A DNA stretch of 64,000 nucleotides from Carcharhinus longimanus. Lineage: Eukaryota. The notes under the pieces are model-generated. The model saw nothing but the letters and a program-made list of their open reading frames with translations, was not told the DNA's origin and ran no database searches. Positions 52,166 through 64,000 of this stretch are shown in pieces. The stretch's first letter is position 1, and each line of letters opens with the position of its first letter. The position numbers and the translations under genes are program-made. Location: contig JASCQW010000130.1 of the NCBI GenBank assembly GCA_030264375.1, positions 19,204,242 through 19,268,241 of the forward strand, given 5' to 3'.

Positions 52166-53949
52166 TTAGGTGTTCCAAGTTAGCAGACCTTTACTGTATT
52201 GCAGTGATTTTGTTTTTAAAACAATTGTTGCTCCAATGCTGGACATGCATTTTTTTTGAATCAGGAGTGATCGCATTCAACTAGTCACCATTGTATGAAA
52301 CTAATACAGTATGTCAAAGACGTGAAAGAGAGGCTGGCATTTATATTGTATATCATTTCTTCCAGAAATAACCCAATGCATTTTGCATTCAAAAAATTGT
52401 TTGGAAGCAGAGGGATTGATACATTAATAAAGTTCATGCATTCTCAACTTGAGTTAAAACATTTTAGATTTTTTTCTTAATTATTTTATTGTCTTGCTGT
52501 ACATCTAATCCTAAATTTGCCATTGCTTGTATTCAAACAACCTGTGGCATGGTGGTTCCACCCCTTTTGTAGTGGTTTGTCTTGAGTTTCTGGTTTTCTT
52601 TAAGTTAAATGCTTGACTTGAAATGCTTGATCTTTATCTTTTAAAAAAATGTTTCAAATGATTATTTGAAATCGGTGAAAAAGGTTGACGTTCAAAGTTT
52701 TATTCAGTGTGAAATTTTAGTGTCAAAATTTGTAAGGCTCACTAAAGTGTCTGTTCATAAACAGTAAATTGAGAAAAATGTGAAAGCTGCTTGCTTTGAT
52801 GGTCAAAGTCTGATATGATTGTGGATTTAATATGGATGATGAAAGGATGGTTCATAATATCCATACATCATCATAATATCATTGGCTATTAAATAGTTGT
52901 TACACCATATGAAAAAGATGATCACAAAAAGCCCGCCAAGCTTCAGAAGAGGGAATCAAAATTGAACCGGAAAGAGATAAGTGGAATAATGCTTTCTAAA
53001 GTAGACAAATTGTGGGGAACTGAAATCCTGGAACAAGGAAATAGAGATATGAAAAAAAAACCTAACTTCTACATTTACTTGGGTAAAGGAGTATTTCTGT
53101 CATCAGTTTCTTTGTTTGGAATAAATCCCTCAAATCACCTCCCCATCTGAGCATTTTGCAGTCCTCCCATAACTGCTGCCAAATGTTCTGCCTCAGAATC
53201 TGGCCTTCAGTTCATCCTCCTCCATTCCACCATTGGGTGTCAATCTTGAGTCGTGCTCCTTCTTGTGGAGCTATCTTGAGAGGATTTGGCCTTTTCACTT
53301 ATGTACCCCTCTTCATGAGAAAAATATTCAAATCTATCTCTGCAACCATGTTTTTCACTCCAGTTCATGTTCTTTTCCTGACTGTGTTAATACACTGGTG
53401 CTATTTGTGAAGGAGCTTCGTATGTTTACTGTATTAAAGAAGTTAACTAAAGTAAAGTTTGTTGAGTGGCAGAGAAAGAGCCAGTTTGGGACCTACCCAA
53501 AATTGAAGTCATATTTTTGAGTAATGTTCTTTTGTGAATCACATGGCTGAACTCTAAGTATCTGACTTGCTCCCCTGAGTGATTAAAATATTTCCCCAAC
53601 TCCTCCTCCCATGGATTGATTGCACAGTTGCTCATGTTTCTAATTTGCCTGAATTTCTGAGATTGCAGCCAATAGATTGCTTCATTTTTTCTCCTCCCAT
53701 GTTCCTTCTCCAGTGGTGCCCGGAAGTTTCTGCTTTCCTTTTATCTTTGGATGGGCAACATGTTTTATCCTTCAAACACAATCACTCACTCGGATGTTGT
53801 TCATGCTAATAATCAGCAAATTATATAGAAATTACACACATTTGCATTTTCAGTTTTCACTGTCCTTCAGGAGATGCAGCTGATCCATTGCATCCTGTCA
53901 TATTGCAGTTCTTGGGGAAACTGAGCTCTTATTCAGTGCTTTTCCTGTT

Positions 53950-55550
53950 ACCTTCGATCTCGATGTGTATATAAACATAGTGGATAAGATGTCGCCATTT
54001 GTTTGGCACCAAAATCTCTTTCATGATGTCTAAGTTTAACTCCGCCCGTTCTGCTAAGAAATACTTTACTCATATTTGAAGTTGGCCTCAATTTTTCACC
54101 TCAGAAACACATGTTTTTCTCAACTTATAAACTGGTGGATGGGATCAAACAGGCGATATGGGCCATGTTGCCAAGATGATGCTTGGGAGTAAATGATACG
54201 CCCACACAGAGCAGGTCGCAGATGGCATCTAACAAATGGAAATCAGTTCTCTGCCAAAAATAGAAGGAGGAATCCACCCTGAAGAAGATGCTTGAGAAAA
54301 GGGATCTGCCACTGGCCTGATCTTGAAGATGTGTTGGAACGGGTCCTCAGAAATGATCAAAATAGTTACATTGTCACCAGAAATGCAAACCATGTCTATG
54401 TATTTAAGCGTGCCAAATCAAACTGTATGGCCAGCAAAGATTTTGGAGCAACAGCTACTTGGTGTATCGAATTCTGGAACAGCAGTGTCTCATGTTGTGG
54501 CAGAAGACAAATATCACTCAGATCAAAATTGATGCTAAAATTGCCAGTTTCCAGAATTCCTTAATCAGACTGAAGCAAAAACAGTGTACCATTAAATCAC
54601 ACCGGCAACATGGATGAACTGCCTAGGCATTTTGCTATTCCCAGCAACTGAATTCTGGAGTGGGAAGGTTTGAAAACAGTGCTAGTGAAAATGATGGGAT
54701 GTGAGAAGGTTAAATTCTCTCTGGTACTTGCCTGTGTGGCCGACAGAATAAAATTAAAGCGCGTGGTAACGGTCAAATGCCAAATCAGATGAAAAATCCG
54801 TGTGGCTGTTGGAGTTATGTACAAGTCCATGACAACGATTGGATAGATGAGAATGGAATGAATTTTCTATTAATGATGTGTGGAAATGGCCGATGCAAAG
54901 AGTTTAACTTATTTGTGTAGGACATGTTCAGCTGCTGTATAATCAGTGAGATCAAGATATGCCTGCGAATAATGCCCACATTACAGTTATACCAGAGGGT
55001 CAAGTGTCCGGAGTTGAACCTTGCACTGTGTGCCTGAACACACTATTCAAGCATAATGTTTGAGCCAAATGGAATCGGTGTTTGGTTGATGGAGAAAAAA
55101 ACTTCCATAAAGAGTAGAATGCGTGCTGAGTATTTGATGTTTTGTCATCAAATCATGGGATGCTAATTATGCACAAACTGTCAAATCGTTCAAAAATTGG
55201 ATGGAAAGGAATATTTGTTGTGGAGGAGATGTTTCTGAAACAAAAAGTGCCAAATTTGATCCAAAGCAGACCCTTACCATGATGCCGAAGCAAAAGTGGC
55301 TCAATGAATTTGATTAATTCTGCCTCGAATGCTAAAGGCAATGAACTTATTCATTTTAAAACTTTGTGGTTGGAGGTATCCTTGTAAAATTAATTCAAAC
55401 AAGTGTGTCGTATTGATTTTATTTCAAAATGACAACCACCTAGACCAACACTGCTGGTTCACGTATCATACTCTGCATACAAGTTGATTTTCATTTTTGG
55501 AAGGGTTTTTTGAGGCTTCAGAGGTTGACTTGTGTGCTGTGAACTGCAGT
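53950..55550 (+). mobile_element. Fossil pogo-family (POGK-like) DNA transposon; CENP-B-type HTH plus DDE transposase pseudogene
   Basis: WPDLEDVLERVL..QNSYIVTRN (ORF 54292), GNMDE (54604), VLACVADRIKL, VHDNDWIDE, V*DMF, VIPEG and VCLN occur in the expected order, with many stops and frameshifts. Confidence 0.82.
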
Positions 55551-58500
55551 AAATTCAAGTCTGCCTTTGGTCCTGAATTTGGATTTATTAAACAAGTTCA
55601 GTTTATCTTCCATTTTGATTTTCATCTTCATAAGAATGCAATAGTTAACAGAATTCCAAATGTTAATTTATTTTTGAAATTCATGAATTAATTTTGCATT
55701 GTGGTATTATAATAAATTTCCCTTACATTTTTTCAGGTGATCAGACTCTCCACCTCACTGCAGCATGCCATTCTTGGTAATTAACATGGGGACCATAGCG
55801 ATGCATAAATTTCGCACCTGGCTGCAAAAACACTGGCTAGATTTATAATTGACTACAGTAAAACCAATTCCATCTCAACAGACATCTCTCCGAATAAATA
55901 TTTCTTCCAGTCTGAGGATGTTTTATTCGTTTGCTTGTTCAAAGAAGTTGTCATTTTTTTTTTTGCTGCAAGCAGAAATCTTGAGTGAAGCGGATTGACT
56001 TGTAGATGAAAGTTTCATGGGAGAATAGATACTGGCATGAAATGTGCGAAGGCTCCTGTTGGCTAACAGTGTGCAAAGATTGCCACACAGCTGAATATTA
56101 TGCCAGTGGCAGTGGCTATATATGTGATGGCAAACAAAGTTTGATAATAAAGGCAGAGCAATTAGCCCAGATTACTTGTCACTTTTGAGTTGTGAAGGAA
56201 ATGGGAGATGACGTAAATGAAACTTGAGCTGTAGAATTGGGAATCCACATTGTTAAAAGAGCTTTGGAAAGATTGCAAAATGTTTACCTTAATGAAATAT
56301 TTAAAAACTATTGAAAAGGAACAGCTGGAAACTGAAGACCAGCCGGTTTGACATCCATTGTTTGGATCCTTGAAAAGTTAATAACAGATCTGAGTAAACA
56401 TTTCAAGCAAGAAAACATTTAAGTGGAATCTGGATGGGTTCAGGAAGAAAATGCTACGCTGAATCAATCTGCTAGATTTTCATCTAGCAAAGTTTTAAAT
56501 GCGGCATAATAACATCACCTCAAAGCCAGATGCTTAATTTCTCTACATTGCCTGTGACCACATCTCAAAATGTTTGAATTGAAACATATTGTATTTAATG
56601 TTTGATACAATATCTTTTTGCTTTGGTACTTGTGAAACAGGCTGAATACATTTTGACTTTTCTCTGTTGAAGATACAAGTGTGTTTCAGCATGCCTTCAG
56701 GTTTGATTCCATTCCTACTGTAAAAAGGGTGGCAGGGAGAGAGCTTCCTTTGTGAAAAGTTCTTGTATTTCCAAAATAAATGAAAAGGGCACTGAAATGC
56801 CCCAACTTCAAGATTGGATTCAACAGCAATAAAAAACTTTCTGTGCATCGTTTTAAAGATTTGGGAACGAACACAAGAATTGTGAGCAGACTTAGTAATT
56901 TTCTTTCTTTTATATTTCTGTCTTATCAAATACATACGTGTGCTGCATATTAAATCCATGTTGGAAATTAATTACCAAAGCTTGTTTAAAAGCCAAGACT
57001 GCTATTGTTATGGCAACTAAAAAGACATTACTGCCGCATTCTGTACTGAGTAGAATGTAGTTGCACCAAGGCTCAATAAGGGTTTGGTTGCTGTTTCAGA
57101 GCTGCATTATCACAAAAGCAAACAATCATTTACCTGTTATTGCAGCAGTTATGAGATTATGCTGTTAATACTTAGTTTGCTTAATTTTTCTTTGCGAAAA
57201 AATGGAAATTAATCATGACATTGGAAGTTGAAATTCATCAGCCACATCTGATAATCAGAAACTTTTGGGGTTAGTTGTATCAGTTCTTGTTTTACGGAGT
57301 GTTAGGATGGAGACATTGTTGGAAATTCTTCTCCTGGTCTGTCTTATTTTTGTCACCACCTGGGATGATGCACAGGAACAGGTGAAAACCATTCTGGTTA
57401 GGCACCTCTTATCTCCCTATCTCCTGAGACAATTTATGATGGTTAATAAATAAAGTTAATTTTGTTGGCTGATCCTTTCAAAAAAAAACTAGCAGTCTGA
57501 ACTGTGCGAAATAGATCCCCTTTTGCCTTCATTAAGGGGAAGGTGAAGGCCAAGTTCTTAATAATTATATATATTTTCACTTGTAGCTTGGAGCATGTTT
57601 TTGTACTTAATGCACAGAGATTCAATTTCTGCAAGGATAGTGAGTAATTAGTGGGGCAGTTGGAATAAAGTTACACAGGCTTTACAGAGCAGAAGAATTA
57701 TTAATGCATGGAGTATATTATTGTTTATTGCAAATATGTCGCACTTGACCTTCCACTTAAGTGTTGGCGAAGAAACAAAATATTTAGTTGATAAAACCAT
57801 GTTTGAAATGACTCCTTCACACCAGTCTTAGATTTGAAATGTAAATTTTTTATCAGTCTCTTGTTAGTTATTCGTGCTCATTTCAAGGTGAGGGATATGT
57901 TCTGCTCTGGCAGGCTTTTCTGCTTCCCTGGATGTGAGCTTTTTAAGTGTTGTAACCAAAATGTTTAAATTTAAAATGATTAGGCGTGTATCAACACATG
58001 GCTGGAATTTTCTGACCGTTTCTGCCGATGGGATTTTCCCATCCCGTTGCAGTGAACAGAGATTTGGCTTGTCACCAAATTCTCTGCCTTCGCTGCAGCA
58101 GGAGAGTGGTGTGGCGTAGTGGTAAGATTGCACCCAAAAAACTTTGGAACTGTTTTTGAGTTTATTTGTGATGAGTTGAAGAAGCTTCAAGTTGTGAATT
58201 TGATGTGTTGTTTGGCACTAGATCTGAACTGGAATGGAGCTACAAAATAAATGTTCAGCTTCCTCCTAAAGGGGCACATGAGCAGAAGGAAATATATCTC
58301 ATCAAGAATCCGATAAAAAATGTGTAATATTCTGCACAAAACACTAGTTGGAATTTTACCCACCGTGGGAATTGGAGCAGGCGAGGGATGGACCTTGGGT
58401 GGGATTTTATGGTTTTGGGACGAGCGAGGCTATAAAATCACACCCATTATCCTCTGATTCCCAGGTAGATTTGTCTGCTTCAGGTTACCTGAGAAAATCA

Positions 58501-58641
58501 GTCAAAAAGATGTATTAATATGGGTGGAGTTGAATGAAATATGTGTTTGGAGAGAATTACTCTAACTTGAGGTTTAGAGTTACAGAACAAACATGTGACA
58601 ATCTTAGCTTAAAACTCACCGTCCTTCAGCTAGAATAAAGG

Positions 58642-59012
58642 AGGCAGTGGCGCAGTGGTATTGTCACAGGACTAGTAATCCAGAGACACAGGCAAGATCT
58701 GGAGTTCAAATCCCACCAGGGCAGATGGTGAAATTTGAATTCAATAAAAATATAGAATTAAAAGAAAGTCTAATGATGACCATGAAACCATTGTCAATTG
58801 TTGTTTTTTAAAAAAAATCAATCTGGTTCACTAATGTCCTTTAGAGAGGGAAATCTGCCATTCATACTTGATGATGGCCTACGTGTGACTCCAGACCCAC
58901 AGCAATATGGTTGACTTTTAAATGCCCTGTGAAATGGAGGGCAGTTAGGGATGGGCAATAAATGCTGGCCCAGCCACCAGCACCCAAATCCTGTGAAAGA
59001 ATTAGAAAAAAA
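58642..59012 (+). mobile_element. Near full-length tRNA-derived SINE (second family)
   Basis: Head ggcgcagtggtattg...ggagttcaaatccc (A and B boxes), central ctggttcactaatgtcctttag domain, and tail gggatgggcaataaatgctggcc. Partial copies lie at about 23300, 35250 and 60405. Confidence 0.85.
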
Positions 59013-59604
59013 TAGAATTGAATTGGGTGCATTAATTTGAAATTATTCTTTTCAGTTAGATTGCAGTGGCATAAAAAGTTTCTGAAAATAGTTCATTTGT
59101 TTGACATGACAGGAAAGGTTCACTATGCTCATCAGTCACTGATGGTTAGCATAAACAGAGGGCACTTCGGTTTATATATAATCATTAAGTGAAATGACAC
59201 ACTCAGTGAGCAAGTATAACTACAGGTTTTTTTTAAACAACAAAAATACTTTGTCTAATTTTCAGGATATAGAATAGAGCAAACTAAGGAAACCAGGCCA
59301 TTAGTGATGTTCCCTGTGGTCAGTTCTCTCATTAAAAGTAACACCCCATATTATCATTTCCTCTCGTTTGGATTGTCTGCAGGGTGTGCCAGTTGGAAGG
59401 CTCATCAATTGTGGTTGGCCTCCCTGGTCTGTTCATGATGCAAAGAATTGCAAGATTTTTTAAAAACTTGGCAAAATGGGGGAAAGAATCTGACTTCAAC
59501 TTCATGCTATTCAGAGATTAGTATCCACGCTGGTCCCAAATTCCTCCCATCTTCACCACCATCCCCTTGCTGAGTATTTATATCTGTTCCAATGTTGCAG
59601 AAAA

Positions 59605-59918
59605 TTGAATCATACAATCTCTGCAGTGCAGGAGGAGGCCATTTGGCCCACCGAGCCTGCACTGACGATAATCCCACCCAGTCCCTATCTGTGTAATCTC
59701 ATTTATCCTCCTAATCCCCCGACACTAAGCGGCAATTTAGCAAAGACAATCAACCTAACCTGCACATCTTTGGACTGTGGGAGGAAACCATGCATCGGGA
59801 GGAAACCCATGCAGACACAAGAAGAAGATGCAAACTCCACATAGACAGTGACCCGGGGCTGGAATTGAACCCAGGTCCCTGGCACTGAGAAGCAGCAGTG
59901 CTAACCACTGTGCTGCCC
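59605..59918 (-). mobile_element. HE1-type V-SINE
   Basis: Same head, V-domain and CR1-type tail as 18655-18933. Confidence 0.88.
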
Positions 59919-60404
59919 TTGTTCAGTTTATGTTTGGACGTTTCAATCTGGTCTGCAACATCTGCATCGGGATAGCACGGGTTTGTAAAAGAGGAGTTTT
60001 TATTTATGAAGATTGGCATGCTGACTGTTTTCGAGTACTTCACAAAATGGGAAAAATAAAGTGGGACAGTCACTAAGCCATGGAAAGAGACATTGGAATG
60101 AAAGACCAAAAGCTTGACAGTAAATGTGTTTTGTGCTTTTTTATTTAAAGTTAACAAGAAAGGTTGAAAACTTCAACAGGTTCATGAGGCAAAGATAATC
60201 CAAAGTTTTACCTCCGATGAAATGTTCAAAAGAAATGCACAAAAGTCTGAATCATAAAATTCAGAGGTGGGGAGGAAAAAGAAAGCTGGAGGTTGGAGAA
60301 GAGGGATAATACTTTGTTTAATGCAGACAGTGATTTTTGATGGAATACTTCAGATCAGTAATGAGCATAGGTTAGCAAAGGCAAAGTGGTGAGTGAATGA
60401 GACT

Positions 60405-60710
60405 GGTATTTTTTTTCTCCTTTCATGAGATATGGGCATTGCTGGCAAGGCCAGCATTTACTCATCCCTAATTAGTCTTTGAATTTAGTGGCTTGCTAAG
60501 CCACTTCAGAGGGCAGTTAAAATTCAACTACATTGCTCTGGAGTCGCATGTCAGCCAGACCAGGTAAGGATGGGAGATTTCTTTCCCTAAGGGACATTTA
60601 GTGAACCAGATAGATTTTTTTTTTACAGCATGTGATGTTTCTAAGATTAACTTTATGTTCCTATTTTATTAATTAAAATTGATTTTAGCTGCCATTGTGG
60701 GATTTGCACC
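60405..60710 (-). mobile_element. SINE, same family as 58642-59012
   Basis: ggccagcattta...gggcagttaaaattcaactacattg...ggacatttagtgaaccagat. Confidence 0.8.
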
Positions 60711-60779
60711 CATATACATGAAAAAAACCTTCCTCTCACTTGCCACTTTAACACACCATCCTACTGTCATGCCCACATG

Positions 60780-60900
60780 TTTCAATGTTCTAGTGAAGCC
60801 CAACGCAAACTGGAGGAACAGCACCTTATTTTCCAATTAGGCACTTTATAGCCTCCTGGATTTAATGTTGAGTTCAACAACTTAAGATCATGAACTCCCT
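60780..60900 (+). mobile_element. Penelope-like element, C-terminus of the GIY-YIG ORF
   Basis: Encodes EAQRKLEEQHLIFQLGTL*PPGFNVEFNNLR, matching the typical ExxxIxxLxTxxPxGLN end. Confidence 0.8.
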
Positions 60901-60989
60901 CCTCCACTGTCACCCCATTTTCATCAATTTATATTATTTATTTTCATTTCTTCCACTATTTTAATTTCCTAGTGACTCATCTTAAACTA

Positions 60990-61330
60990 ATTGGTCTATA
61001 GTTTGCTACATTTCCTCGCTCCCTTTTTCAAAAGGGTGTTAGATTAGCATTTTTCCAGTTCATTGGAACCTTTTCTGCATCCAGGGAATTTTGGTATATT
61101 GTAACCAATGGATTCACTATCTCTAATGCCACCCCCCTTTTAAGACCCTAGGATGTAGGCTGCCAAGCCCTGTGGATTTGCCTTGCTTTAATTCCAATAG
61201 TTAGCTCAGTACTTTTTCCCTGATGACGATGGTCATTCTAAGTTTCTTCCTTTCTATAATCTCTGCATTTTATGTTATTGGGATGGTACTCATATCCTCC
61301 ATTTTGAAAATTGAGGCAAATGTTAATTTA
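60990..61330 (-). mobile_element. CR1 LINE fragment, region before the RT domain
   Basis: Reverse complement gives KSTGLGSLHPRVLK, YQNSLDAEKVPMNW and TPFEKG..NYRPISL remnants. Confidence 0.78.
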
Positions 61331-63594
61331 GCCTTTGGGTTGTTTTACTATATTTAAGGTGTTTTATTACTATAGGTTGTCACTGAATCTGAACAGTGGT
61401 CTTTGAAAGAGAGGGATATGAATCTGGAAGGTGCCAACGTGTCAGCTTCTTCCTTGAAGTTCTCTGAGTTAACTAGTGTGTTGAGTTTTAAATGTGATCA
61501 CTGTGCTCTTGGGAGGGAATGCATGCATTTGCAAGTGGAAGAAGAAAACCAGCAAGAAGGAGGTATAGAAGGTATGAAGTTGTAAGCAAAGATTTGAGAA
61601 ACACAAACTTTATCATTTCATCGGAGAAATATTTGGGAGGTTTGAGATGGAGGACACAGGAAGCTTCTAGAAGCTTTTAATTGTTAGATAGTATTGACAG
61701 GAGCCAAGAATATTTAACAAAGTCAGCCCAGTTAGAGTAGAAGACAGAAATTTAAATTAATGAGAAGTAAATTTAAAATCTGTGTTACAAAGCATTTGTT
61801 GAATCATAATATTTGGAACAATTTCCAAGTAAGGTGGTCGAGGAAGATAAGTAATTCAGTGTCTATCTGAGAATTTGAAACAGACTACTGGAGAGGTCCA
61901 GACTGTTATTGCACTCCATCTCAATTCCCAGTGTGCAATTAGTTGTAATTATTCAGTTCCTTTAGTTCCCTTCTGCCTTCAGCACAGAGTATAAAATGCA
62001 AAGCTCAGCTTAGCAGCAGATATATAGGGAACTTATTTTTATAATGTAAGGTAAGGTTGGAGAGGAGAGAGGTCCAGGTTTCTAAATGCTTTGAATTGAT
62101 GATGAAGATATCAGAATGTCATTTTTGTTTGAGTTCAGCGCAGTATTGAAGGGCGTATGAGTACAAAATGTACAGGTCTGGTGGATGACCTATGCAATAT
62201 AATAGGTCCTCCCTTGGGAATGAGGCTACCATTTTCTTTCTTAAATTTAGTCTATTAAGACACAAACTTGTAATAATGTTATAATGTGCCATGTCACATC
62301 CTCAGGACAAACTCTCACATTTCATGACTATTCAAATCTTTTTGAAGTGCAGTTTTATTGACTCTGCTGAGGAAGTCTGGAATAATAGTTCTGTCAACTG
62401 TACTGGAGAGGGGGTGTGGCCCTTAGCACAAAGTTGTCTTTGATTTGACATAAATTGGAAATCTCACTCATGCAGGTCACATGCTGGCTGCTGTGAAGTT
62501 TCTTTGGGAGCGGCGTAAGTATTTGGTATCCATTGTTTGAAAATTAAATCTCTCCTGCATGATGTTGACAGGTGTTTATGCCAAACAGCTACGCTGTGGT
62601 TTGCTTGTATGGTGAATAATTTGTAAACGTATGATACAGGCACTTGGAGCAGTGTAAGACATTGGCTGACTAACACTGCGCTGCAGAAAAGCTTTAGAAA
62701 GTGGCAAATAAAATGGGAAGTGGGTGTGGAGTTAGTAAGAAAGTACTCCAGGGTTCAGAAGCAACGGACACGTTCCAAAATAGCAGTTGTTGTAGCATTC
62801 ACTCCAGTTTTGATGGTACATGTTCTCGTCTGCAGGGAGTGATATTGGCTTTGTTTTTAAACCCGCATTCTGCTTTGCACCAATGAAAAAGCGTCTTGTG
62901 TAAAGCTTGAAAACCAATCCATCTCTGATTTTCTTTCTTTACAGAAGATTGTGATCTGTCTGATTATCTTCCTTGATGCTGTTGTCCCATTTAGATTTGC
63001 CGGACTGTCAGCAGCTAATAGAGAATGTCTTCTGCTGCATTGTTTGCTGTCATTTGCGAGGTAGCTGATTACTTACTTATAAAAAAGACAGGTTTTGCTA
63101 ACATAGAATGGAAGCTCAGGACAGGAAGGCACAGAGAGCACTTGGGGCTTTGTGAGCAACCTGGAGTCTGTTGTCTGAGTTGATGATTATGGAGGACAAG
63201 GATTCAGAAAAGTGGGTGGTGATGTGTTATTCTCAAGTATGTCTCCCTCTCGGAACTCAGTATATTTCTTTTCTATTGATCACTTCTTTCCGTGGCATTG
63301 TGCATCTATTTGCAATTTACGGTATTAACCTGCATTGATGAAATTATTGAACATGTTTTCTTCTCGTCTCTTATGGGGTGGTTGGAGAATTGCTGTGTTT
63401 TTCATAAGTTGCAGGTGATTCAAAGTATGAAGTTGGGTTTTAACTAGGGTGATTATGTAACTTTTTTCTTGCATCTGAAGCCTTGAATTGTATTGCTCAG
63501 CACTATACCTTCTCAAGGAAAGGAATATACTTGGGAGGGTCGTTGAGAGTCCTAGATCTGTACACAACTGTAGGTGTGGTTTAAAAAAAAAGCT

Positions 63595-63730
63595 GCTTGT
63601 ACTTGCATTTACGAAACACTTTCACGTAAAACATGTCTCATAGTGCTTCACAGTGGGGAAGTAGAAGATGAGCAACAGATGACCAAAAGAATATTGGAAA
63701 AATTATGATGAGGCTTTTTAAGGCCAAGGG
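63595..63730 (-). mobile_element. L2 LINE 3' tail remnant
   Basis: acttgcattta...cactttcacgtaaaacatgtctcatagtgcttcacag, similar to 24435. Confidence 0.55.
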
Positions 63731-64000
63731 CCCAAGCGCTTCTCTTCAGAACTTAGGCAGATGCTTAAGAATAAAAGTGAAAATTTATTCTTGTACAGCT
63801 GCAGTTAGAACATAAAGTTGCAAATAAGTTTTAAAAAAAAATGCCAGAATAGACACTCGGTTTCTTGCAAACCTATCGCCCAAAAAAATAAGTAAGATGA
63901 ATTAGGCATTGCAGATCTCAAAGCCAGCCTTGGATGATATCCCAAGTTTATGAAAAGAAACAAATTTTAACTGTGACAGAAGACCAAAATTTGACAGCAG

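Noticed and set aside
58642-58720. tRNA genes at SINE heads (also 12925, 18900, 37790, 47860, 59890)
   Set aside because: The A/B boxes are followed by SINE body and tail, and no complete cloverleaf is present.
49101-64000. Next TBC1D22A exon (EAD..WC..KLLDGIQ), and the preceding exon within 1-15349
   Set aside because: Neither was found by reading. They probably lie outside the window or in a gap, though a miss by eye is possible.
1-64000. Prokaryotic systems (CRISPR arrays, operons, defence islands)
   Set aside because: The sequence is vertebrate intron/exon DNA, with no regularly spaced repeats or gene-dense regions.

Overview
Eukaryotic genomic DNA, almost certainly from a cartilaginous fish (HE1/V-SINE-type SINEs plus CR1/HER1, L2, Rex-Babar and Penelope retroelements). 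It is a gapped draft with 13 N-runs, many exactly 100 N. The window lies inside a large-intron Rab-GAP gene, TBC1D22A, on the + strand. Five coding exons are recognisable: 15350-15420, 26634-26762, 29093-29155, 31361-31426 and 48986-49100. Two of them (63 nt and 66 nt) are tandem homologues that each encode the catalytic IxxDxxR arginine finger, one in the mammalian TBC1D22A form and one in the TBC1D22B/Gyp1-like form, so they look like mutually exclusive catalytic exons. An intact, splice-flanked 205-nt exon of an unrelated gene, MIPEP (M3 metallopeptidase, HEMGH zinc motif), sits alone in the intron just upstream; it is either an exon duplication or a chimeric join in the assembly. The rest is intron filled with decayed LINEs and SINEs, a POGK-like pogo transposon fossil and several unique stretches that may be conserved non-coding elements. 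Most ORFs in the supplied track are spurious or repeat-derived. All homology calls come from recalled protein and repeat motifs, not from searches, and repeat boundaries are approximate.
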